DNA of 63,298 bases, the filler included, from Neolecta irregularis DAH-3 (lineage: Eukaryota): the NCBI GenBank assembly GCA_001929475.1. It is 5 parts of 5 records of this genome, joined end to end, with 100 filler letters (N's around TTAATTAATTAA, not from the genome) between each part and the next. Parts side by side here need not be neighbours in the genome. Positions count along the whole stretch, not along the records: positions 39,689 to 61,952 come from LXFE01000511.1; positions 62,053 to 63,298 come from LXFE01000517.1; 3 more parts are not named here. One strand, 5' to 3'. Shown here one piece after another: positions 51,953 to 63,298 of this stretch (position 1 is its first letter; every line of letters starts with the position of its first letter). A model generated the notes under the pieces. It saw only the letters and a list, made by a program, of their open reading frames with translations, had not been told where the DNA came from and searched no databases. The translations under genes were made by a program, and so were the position numbers.

Positions 51953-52545
51953 GTCTGTAAAAGAAAATGGTAACGGGACTAGCACAAACCATCAAATTCA
52001 CCCTCCCAAGCTAGAAAAATACACCCAGAAATACCCGCCTAGCTTTAATTCTAATGCACAATGATACCTCCAACAAGAAGGCAGTTTCAACCCTCATGTA
52101 AAATATCTATCATGATGAATGTATTTGCCGAGATTTTTGTCCATTGCATCGATCCCCTCTTTCCACAACCTCAAGGGCCAGGCTTAACTCACACTTGAAT
52201 GGAAGAACAAAGGAATTGCGTGCACCGGGCTGTCAACGTTCCGATAATAATAAAGGAAAAAAATTCATTTCATAATTCTAAAATCGACTTGTTGACAGCC
52301 GATTTCCCAAGAATTTTGGGATCTTTCAATTCTCCTCAAAGTACAATATCGAAAGAGGTATATGTCACAATCGCAGTCGTTTGCTTGAGAGGAATTGCCC
52401 ATAAGGACATGGTTATCGCAATGTAAATATCATTCAACTAGTATGTACCTTGCACAGGAGATGTCACCAAAGAGTACGATCGTTCGTTTACATGAAAGAG
52501 AAGCTGAACGAACACTGACGAAAATATGTAGACTAAAGAAAAGTG

Positions 52546-54159
52546 TTACTTTTTGCCTGATGCTTTTTGAGCAGATTTGGTAACCTTCCCAGCAACTTTA
52601 TCTGCTTTGACAACCGACTTGACGACACCGACAGCAACAGTCTGTGTGGGTTAACGAGCGGCAAACATGCAAGGATATATACTTGTCTCATATCCCGGAC
52701 AGCAAATCGACCAAGAGGAGGATAGTCCGTGAACGCTTCACAACACATCGGCTTGGAGGGAACAAGCTTGGCAATGCATGCCTCTGTAGTCTTGACAGAC
52801 AGAGGCTTTATTTCGAGTATTTTTCCACTTCGTCGATCGATCTTCTCAATGAGCTCGGCGAATTTGCAAGCAATGTGGCAGGTATGGCAGTCGAGAACTG
52901 GCGCATACCCGACACTAATTTGACCTGGGTGATTGAGAATAATGACTTGGGCATTGAAAGATTCAACTGACTTGGGTGGATCGATCTTGGCCTCTCCGCA
53001 AACATATCCACGTCGAAGATCCTGTACTGCAACGTTCTTAATGTTAAATCCAACGTTGTCGCCTGGTACGGCTTTAGCAAGTTGCTCATGGTGCATTTCT
53101 ACTGATTTGACTTCAGTGGTGATGCCAGATGGTGCAAAAGTGACAATCATACCGGCGCTGATACAACCACTTAAAAAATCAATCAAGTCTGACAGAGAAA
53201 AGTTACGATTCGACTCTGCCGACGGGAACAGTTCCAATACCACCAATCTTGTACACGTCTTGAAGAGGCAATCGAAGAGGTTTTTCGACAGCTCGAATGG
53301 GTACTTCAAAAGCATCGATGGCATCGATAAGAGTCATGCCGGTGATTGTATTACCACTCGAGGTTTCCTTTTTCCAGCCAGTGTACCAAGGCATGTTTTT
53401 TGAAGGCTGTACCATGTTGTCACCCTGCCATCCCGAAATAGGGACAAAACAGACTTTTTTAATTGGATATCCGACTGACTGGATCAGTGACAAGAAAAGA
53501 TAATTGTTGTACCCTTCTTGACGAAGTGGCCGGTTTCTTTCACGATTTCTTCGAAACGAGCTTCAGAATAATTGACACTATCCATCTTGTTGACAGCAAC
53601 AATGAGTTGTTTAACCCCAAGAGTGTAAGCAAGAAGAATATGCTCTTTGGTTTGTCCATTTTCAGCAAGACCGGCTTCGAAGCCGCCAACAGATGCATCA
53701 ACTATGAGGATAGCCGCATCGGCTTGCGATGTTCCTGTGGTATGTCAGACAGAAGGACTTATTTCCTGATACCAGTAATCATGTTCTTGATGAAATCTCG
53801 ATGACCTGGAGCATCGATGACAGTTACAACGCACTTTGGGGTTTCGAATTTCCACAGAGCAATATCGATAGTGATACCACGTTCTCGTTCCGCCTTGAGT
53901 TTGTCAAGAACCCAGGCATACCTGGTTGGTAAGAACACTTGATATAAGGCAAAATATACTTGAAAGAACCCTTTCCAAGATCATTAGCTTCCTTCTCAAA
54001 TTTCTCAATGACTCGCTTGTCGACACCACCACATTGCTGTCTTTTAGAGTACCGAAAACTGTGGGGACACACATAGATTAAATTCCCAGTTGATGTCGAT
54101 TTCCCTGAATCGACATGACCGATTACTACAATGTTGATGTGAATTTTTTCTTTACCCAT
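52546..54159 (-). CDS. Divergent elongation factor 1-alpha paralog (intact)
   Basis: Full spliced ORF with [63 protein letters not shown]; same six coding-intron positions as the 59995 gene. Confidence 0.92.
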
Positions 54160-54397
54160 GGCAGAAAGTCGATATCTAGGACAGTATAAGCAAGAGCGGA
54201 ACGCTATGTTTTGCGGTGTTGCAGACAAGAGAAAAGAATGAGCAGTCACAAGAGGATTTATAGTGCATTGCCATAGCCGGACACGACAAAACAGGGACGT
54301 ACTAGCACTAGACTCAACAGAAACAGGTTCCAGGGTGCTCTGCCCTTTCAAACAGTGCCTATCAACTCCTTGCAGCACCAGAAGCCCATCACATACA

Positions 54398-57278
54398 TCA
54401 ACCCAGTAGAGTCTTTGGAAATCCGGCAAAATCAATCTGTTCACTGACATCACCAATGGCATCTTTAAAGTACGTGATTTTCAGGCGTAACCGTATGTTT
54501 GCCTGCTATATCAGCTAAAAGTCGACAATCGGAATCGGTTACCCCCAGACCAGCCGTAATTCGCATCACTTGATTGGCCTCCTCTCCCCCTTTTAAAGTC
54601 GGAGCTGATATAGGTTGTAATTGAAGTTTTTGAGTTTTCGGAACCGCGGCTTGGAGACTGATCTTATCGATCGACGCAATGGGATCCTCATTCCGAAACC
54701 GAGCAGTGATGTCGACCACTCCGGGTGAATAAGAGTCACCTCGAACCGGTTGCAGGGTAATCTTGAACCCATTCTTGTGATACACAGTAAATTCCTCTAC
54801 CCAATTAAATTCATTCCGAGACTGATATTACGGTAATTTGAACTGGAAGGGATTGCCCGTGATTGATCGGGTGAAAATGAAGCTCTAGGTGATCCATTAC
54901 CATTACCGAAGAGCGCCATGATATCACCACTCTTGCTAGACTTTGAAGCATTATGTTGTCCAGAGTCTCCGAAAATATCGGACAGTAAATCCGCATTCGC
55001 ATGGCTATCGGCCGGTTTCGAATATGTAACATCGTTTATACCCATAAGATCAAGCAAAAGCTATCGAAATTAGACAATCAAGGAGGGGGATGTGCATACA
55101 TCTTGACCGGCATTACTTTTTCTCAATTGTCCTCTAGTTTTCTTCGCCTGTGTACGGATTGCCGGACCAAGGACGCGACTGTCTTCATGGATTTCCGGAG
55201 GAGGCATGCGCTCTAAAACACCGGTCCGTATACTATCGTGATCGAAAAGTTTACCGTATTCGACAGATCTTTGTTGGATTTCTATGTCAATACTGGTAGC
55301 GTAACGAGAAACGATTTCCCTAATTCGATTGATCAAAGACTTAGTGGTTATACGAGCAGTGAATTTCATCAAAGCTGTAATTGCGTACTCCGAAACCGCC
55401 TGCGTTGCATAGTTTCCTGAAAGTATGGTCTCGAGGAGATCCACGACCTCGGATGGCTGCACCTCCGAGTTCAGCCGCAGTAGAAAATGATTAGTTGAAC
55501 ATACTTGATTAGCAGGCTCTCCTTCGTCAAATTGTCCTTCCTGTAACAAGAAATCCCCAAATTCGCCGATGATCCAAGTTGCCGCAAGTGTTAGCCCTTC
55601 CTGAGTAACATCCTCTTTAACAGCAGAGAAAAGCTTGTGAACAGCATAACTTTGGAGTTCTGGAGCAGTTCCAATAAGTCGCAGAAAGCTTGACAAAATC
55701 TGTTCTTTGACATAATTACCGGCCTGGCAGATCAAGTCACTATGAACCTGAGGGGATTACCAATTTGAGAACCCGCAGTACAGTATCCACGTGCCACCGT
55801 TTGTTCGGTGCAAATCGGTCAGCAGCAATGCAAATTTGTGTTGTCATAGTAGGTTTGAACTCATTGTTGGCAACTTCAAGGAAAGCTAGCAACTCTCGTA
55901 TTAAAACCCGAACATTACTCTCGTTGATCAGAGCGAAAGATAAATCCAAAGCCCTTCGACGAATTGAGATATCGGGATCACGTAAACATTCCAAAATTGT
56001 GTTCCGATGACGTTGGACGGCCGTTGGTTCAATTGTTATTACTTTGCTGAGAGTGTTGAGCGCAACATATCTAATGATAAGAGTAAATTTGACAGTTGAG
56101 GATATGCCTAATATTGTTGTCACGATTGGCGAGGAATTTTCCTAGAATATTCACACCAAGAACGCGCAGACCGCTATCTGCTTCAATATCCAGTATTGTT
56201 AAAACAGTCTCATATAGAATAGAATTTCCAACATTTTTAGAAGCGTCAGTATTAGAAGCGACCTGAAGTAAGAGGTCAGTTCGTGAATTGATGCACCTGA
56301 GCCAATATGTCATTCATTTGCTCACTGACATCGGGATCTCCAGCACCCAGTACTCGTAGAAATCCCAAAATTTTCACTTGTAGGAATGGGTCTGAAATGC
56401 CTGTAACATCGTGCTCGGGTGAATAACCAGAGCTCGAGAGCTGCTTTAGCAGTTTGACTAGAGTCATTGTTTGCTACAACATCAGAGAGAAGTATATCAT
56501 CAATGTAAAACACACATCCTTGTACTGATCAATGACTTCAGAGTCGTTCAAACATATGTCAGTCGCTAGTGTGATTCCACAAGCCAAAACCCCATGATCC
56601 CGATCTGATAAGAGCTGCTTCGACTTTACAAGGAAGATGTCTTGCAAATCGGGCACTTTCCGTATGATCCGCATTGCACATAAAGCCGCCTTTACATATC
56701 AATATCCTTAAGCCAGAAGATTCGTTGGCTCTACCTTCCTGCGAATGTACGCGCTTGAGGACAACAGCCGAACTACTTCCTGACATAAATCACGAGCCAT
56801 TTCAGCAGACGAAATATTCGCCAAAGTGCATAATGCCAGTCCTACTACGTACATGTTCGCATGATTGAGATCGCTAGTGGTTGAGCACGATTACGAGAAC
56901 AAAGACCCAGTTACTTCTTTAAAGAATTGGTGACTAGAGTGAGAACTTCCTGGTTTTCATCGAGAAGCAACATAGTTCCGAGATAACCCAATCGTTTATC
57001 CGCGAATCTGGGACTAGCGAGTAGCTTGAGACATTCTATCTGGCCAAAGTGCGTACGCTCTCCTAGGGTAAAGAGATATAATAGTTTGGCGACGTTGTTG
57101 CGACGGTAGCTGGAATCGGACGACTCCTCGCGCAGTGATGCGCGAATTGCAGCAGACTCCTTTTGGACGACAGCACGTTCATCGGCAGCAGTCTACGCCG
57201 CAATCAGCGCTTTTGGTGGGGCAGAAGCAGCACCTTCGCAGCACGGACTTGTTTAATAAAAGCCTTGAGCGAACTCAT
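54398..57278 (-). CDS. APL4: AP-1 adaptor complex gamma subunit
   Basis: [77 protein letters not shown]-terminal ear domain LQAAVPK. Confidence 0.96.
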
Positions 57279-57779
57279 GAGATAGATGCTGTCTCTGGGA
57301 AATTGTGGAGGTTTGGGAAAGTCCCGTGCAAAACCCGGTATCCTGCCATCTCTGCCTCCCGCAGAGCAATTGATTCATCAATTGATCTGTGGATTTCAGT
57401 AGGCAACGGGTTCTCATCCGTTCCATAACCCTCTTCAACGCCTCTCCCTTGATATCATCCTTGTTCATCTTCCTATCGTTCCAATTTGTAAAATTTAACG
57501 TGCCTTTCTATTTATTATTGTTGGTTAAATCTACTTGCAATAAACAAAGTCAATTGAATATCCATATCCAATCTGCGGTTGACAAAGTTATTGAGGTTAC
57601 AAATCGAGTCCCTTGTATGAAACCCTGCGTCACAAGTATATGTTCTCCATACAATTCATTAACTTAATCAAGCCATGATCGCTAATATTTGTTTCATCCA
57701 GATTTCGCGTCATTTCACCATTTAAGGGTTGAGGTTACCCTCTCTGTCAGCTGATAAATCCGAGGTATCGCCGCCCCGC

Positions 57780-59496
57780 ATGGCTACCCAACACAAACCC
57801 AAAGTTCTTGCCAGTACAAGCAGAACGTCTAGCAATGATCGCCTATTCAAGGGCATAGATTTTGAGGCTCGGGACTCGCACTTTGACCGATGGCACAGCT
57901 CTACGAGGAATATACAGACTTACGAGGGGTTTTTTGTGCTGTTCTGGGTCGGTCTGACCATCATGATGTGTGTAACACTCAATGGGTCCCTCCTAATCTA
58001 TCAGAATGACCACCGCAATGCACAACCTCAAAGAAACTGGCAAAATCTTTGGCGGATCCCTTTTCAGTCTCCTCTCGGATAAGCTTCTCGAGCTCGCGGT
58101 AGGCGACGGCATCATGGTCATCAGCGCTGGTTTCGTTGTTCTGGTGCAAAACATTGTCCAGAAGGGTTACATCTCATGGGACAAAACGGGTTACATACTA
58201 CAACACTTTCTCCAACTTGTTTGGTTAGGGTGGTGGCTGTCATGGATATTCATGCACTCATGGGGGTGGACTCACAATGTAACATTCGTGCTTCATACGA
58301 TTGTTCTTCTCATGAAGCTTCATTCCTACTCTTTGTATTTTCTTCAACTTTTGCAGAGCTAATAATTTAGCTACAATGGCCACTTATCGGCCGCAGAGTC
58401 GAGACTGAGGATGCTGTATGCGAAAGTCTCTGATGCCAAGGATGCTTCTAAGGAGGACCTTGAAGAAATTGAGATTTTGGATAGAGAGTTATCGTCACCG
58501 ATTGGTGAACTCAGATATCCTGAAAATTTATCGATTGCTCGCTGGATAGATTATCTCATAGTGCCTTCCCTCGTTTATGCTCTCGATTGGCCTCGCACGG
58601 AACGGATACGTTGGTTCTATGTACTCGAAAAATCACTTGCAACGCTGGGCAGCATCTTTCTATTGTATATCGTTGCCGAACACTATATGGTCCCTGTAAT
58701 GCACACCGCCGCTCAAAGTCTCGTCCGTCAGGAGAACATTAGTGGCATCCTGATGACTGTTGCCGAAGGTATCACCTGGTTATTGTTTCCGTTTACTCTA
58801 GCAATATTATTGGTAAGTCTCGGTATTTCTAGTTTTTGGGCTAACATTGCAGGTCTTTTATATAGTATTCGAGGTGATGATTATATCACGCGTATGCTTA
58901 TCCTATAGTCAATATTGAACGTCTTTGCTGAAATCTCGAGGTTTGCTGATCGCCGTTTTTATGATGGTTCGCGTATTTTTAGTCTATCTTGCTAATTTGT
59001 AGATTGGTGGAATTCCCACACATGTAGTGCTTTCCTAGAATAGGAAACCTGACCAAATAGGGGCTGCTTTTGCTGTCAAGTGGAATAGGCCAGTACATTC
59101 GTTCTTACGGGTTCATGTGTACAATGCCTGTCAGCCGAAATTTTCACAATCGACAGCGACCTTTCTGACCTTTCTCATATCGTCAATTTTTCACGAGCTT
59201 GTACTGGGTAGTTGTTCCCCTGAATATTTCTAAGACATAGTTGTTATTTTCAGGAAGCTGAGATTTTACGGTTTCATCGCCCAGATGTTTCAGATACCAT
59301 TAATACAGTTACAGCGCATCAAGTTGCTGCGTGATCATAAAGTATCCATCCCAGCTTTAGTATGTTCTAACTCTGAGACTACCGGGAATGCAGTCTTCTG
59401 GATCGGTCTGATACTTGGATTGTCATCGGTATGACAGATATGCATTTATTCTCCAGCTAACAGTTTGAGATTTGTTCATTATATGTGCTTTTCTGA
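57780..59496 (+). CDS. Sterol O-acyltransferase (MBOAT, ARE family), paralog 2
   Basis: YEGFFVLFW, LLMKLHSY, YPENLS, FADRRFYD|DWWN, WNRPVH.FL..HVY, FHEL, GNAVFW. Confidence 0.92.
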
Positions 59497-59985
59497 CGGT
59501 GAAATAAAACATGAATGAACCATCTCGGTTTTTTTGGTTAGATTATAGTGGATACAGTTCTTTCTCGTGATAGGTCCTCCCTTTAGTTTCTGGGTGTTGA
59601 GGCAAATATGGCTAGTATATCATTTGGCGTTTGCCCTAACAACGGGACTAGCTATGCTAGTCGCGATCCGCGTGATCTCCGCGGGAACGGACTACGGCGT
59701 TTGCAATCATTTGCCTCGTCAAAGACTCTTTGGCACGCGTGGCAAAGGCAAGAAGCGATTTGTTGTTACTCATAGATGTGGTGGCTTGGTGAGATAATTA
59801 ATAATATAGGAGATTTACGGCATTTGAAAAGGAGTCACGTATAAAAGGGTGTCTTAGCAGCCTCATTTTCTGCCTTGTCTTGCAACACCGTGAAACGAAA
59901 GCTTTCCATTCTTGCACTAAACATACTACATCCATAAAGTAAGTTTCCTTTCCATTTATATGTGCTTATGTTTCTCAGCTCTTAA

Positions 59986-61604
<1,619 letters not shown>

Positions 61605-61694
61605 AGAATTTTGTGTATTGACCTGTCTATTGATCGATCTCTTGTTGTGAGTAGAGTGCGAACGTAGGATACCGACGTAGGAGACCGACACACT

Positions 61695-61952
61695 CTACAG
61701 AATCCAGCTGGTGCCGCCCTGCATCTCGCGCTCCTCGCGCTCCCACTGCTCAGCCCGGATCAGCTGGGCCGCCGTGGCCCGGTCGTGTTGTTCGTCGTCC
61801 TCCGGCGCGGTGTCGTGGCCGATCTCGGCTGCGAGACTGGACCGGCGCCGGTGCCGCGCGCTCTTCGTGTCCCGCGTCGCCCACGCGTCGCCGCCTGCAA
61901 ATATCGCCTCGACGACCTCGGCGGGCTCGAGCTCGCCGGCGGGCAGGTCCGA
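61695..61952 (-). CDS. C-terminal fragment of a GC-rich unknown gene
   Basis: Open frame from the contig edge to TAG (...RHRRRSSLAAE...EREEREMQGGTSWIL) with strong GC3 bias. Confidence 0.6.
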   Translation of the reverse strand, partial: SDLPAGELEPAEVVEAIFAGGDAWATRDTKSARHRRRSSLAAEIGHDTAPEDDEQHDRATAAQLIRAEQWEREEREMQGGTSWIL

Positions 61953-62052
61953 NNNNNNNNNNNNNNNNNNNNNNNNNNNNNNNNNNNNNNNNNNNNTTAA
62001 TTAATTAANNNNNNNNNNNNNNNNNNNNNNNNNNNNNNNNNNNNNNNNNNNN

Positions 62053-63298
62053 GGGTGATCAATACTGTAATACTGAAAGGCTTGCAATCCCTCTCGAAAT
62101 AATTCTGAAAAGATATTAATTTCTTCCGCTGCTAGACCTCTGGCGAAATCATTCCATTGTTGAGGGGTTATCGTGAGATTCGTAGGAGGAGCAGGATTGC
62201 AACTTTTGAGACCAAATAAAACCGTTTTAAAGCCCAGCATGAGATTTTTGAATAGAAAACGGCCGTCTTTATATTAATACAGACATGTTTTGAGTGCTAC
62301 CTTTAAGTGCATCGGTTTCGTGCTCAGACACATCAAGTAAAAGGCGGATAGGTTTGGAAGGTATTTCCGACAAAATGCAAGAGTTGCTCGAATAAGGATT
62401 CATATCCGCTGCATCTTCTTTTCGCTTGGTGTCTTTACGCAGTGAAGAAATCTTGAGGAATTCTCTATTTAGAGCGACAAACCGTTTGGTAAAAGTTTGC
62501 AGGATCATGACTAGTAATTCGCGGCCTCTTGTTAGAAGTAGTTGTATATTTCATACCCTGGGACGCTTCGAGCTTCATGATGCGATCGATGAGATTCAGT
62601 AAAAGTTTAGCGCACATCGTTTGGATTCCAGGAGCCAAGGTTGAGTCGTGCAGGTTGCACGAGTAAACCTGAATTGTTTTGCGCAGCTGAGAAAAGTCCA
62701 ATTTCTCGCGAATATGGTGTAAAAGATCGGCAAGCATGCTGTATGCAAGAGGCCTTGTTGTTAAAACGGGGAAACGATGAGCATACCTCAGGGTTTCATG
62801 TGCTGTAACGCCGCATCCAATGAGGACCTTTTCGGAAAGCAGCACGTCGATATGCTCCACAAAGGCGGCGCGATACTCTGTGGAGAGGATATGCCTTGTT
62901 GCAACCAATAGTTCCTAAAGATTCAGGCTAGTCAAGGGTGGAGAGACCTTTCTTGTAGGCGACATATCAATGGGACAATCTTTTAGCAAGCGCACGACGA
63001 AGCCGGGGATCAGGTCCTGGTGCTCTCGCAGCGAAAGACTTCTGATGATGTAGGCGAGGAAAGACATTGTCTGGGTGTCAAGAAGGCAAAGAGCTGGATT
63101 ACCTTTACTTGCACGACGATAAACTCCCCAAAGAGCTGCTTGTTTCTGATGGAAGGAGCGACGCCGATGTGGATGTCTCCGATAGCTTCAGCAGCGGTGT
63201 GAGCGTCAGCCTGGGGGGATGGTTGCAGCTTTAGCATCTATGTCGTGAGTATGTAGACGAACGGGGACAACCTCGATGATGAGAAGGGTGAAGGCCAG
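62053..63298 (-). CDS. TRA1: Tra1/TRRAP PIKK pseudokinase (internal fragment)
   Basis: QVK|TMSFLAY, RLLKDCP..RK|ELLVATRHIL, HETLR|PLAYSMLADLLHH, IQTMCAKLLLNL, RFLFKNLMLGFKT. Confidence 0.95.

Noticed and set aside
44287-59350. GTATCC donors suggesting U12-type introns
   Set aside because: They lack the full RTATCCTT donor and TCCTTAAC branch site, and fit the general donor degeneracy.

Overview
Intron-rich, gene-dense fungal genomic DNA. Inferred from gene content and intron style, it is probably an early-diverging ascomycete (Taphrinomycotina/Neolecta-like). The window holds five contigs joined by artificial 100-bp N-TTAATTAATTAA-N spacers (21505, 34369, 39589, 61953), so adjacency across those points is unreliable. 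About 30 protein genes can be reconstructed by manual splicing. They include PalI/SUR7, two sterol O-acyltransferases, DCAF11-like WD40, BMT2, an aspartic protease, ADH, CWC22, 6-PGL, a Zn2Cys6 TF, Dpy-30, RPS13, Pac2/WOPR, a Reb1-like Myb protein, an Ark1/Prk1 kinase, LMBR1-like, QCR8, myotubularin, ARPC5, BAG1-like, translin, AP-1 gamma, two eEF1A genes and TRA1. There are also three LTR families and several tandem repeats. Most notable: (1) unusually relaxed splicing, with ~34-42-nt introns, degenerate GT donors, at least five weak GC donors, a probable 2-nt microexon and an apparent GT-GG intron; (2) an intact but strongly diverged eEF1A paralog next to the canonical gene that has lost three known methyl-lysine sites; (3) sharp GC-rich gene islands at contig ends; (4) two unusual Cys-rich secreted proteins. 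Gene boundaries were inferred by eye; no database searches were run.
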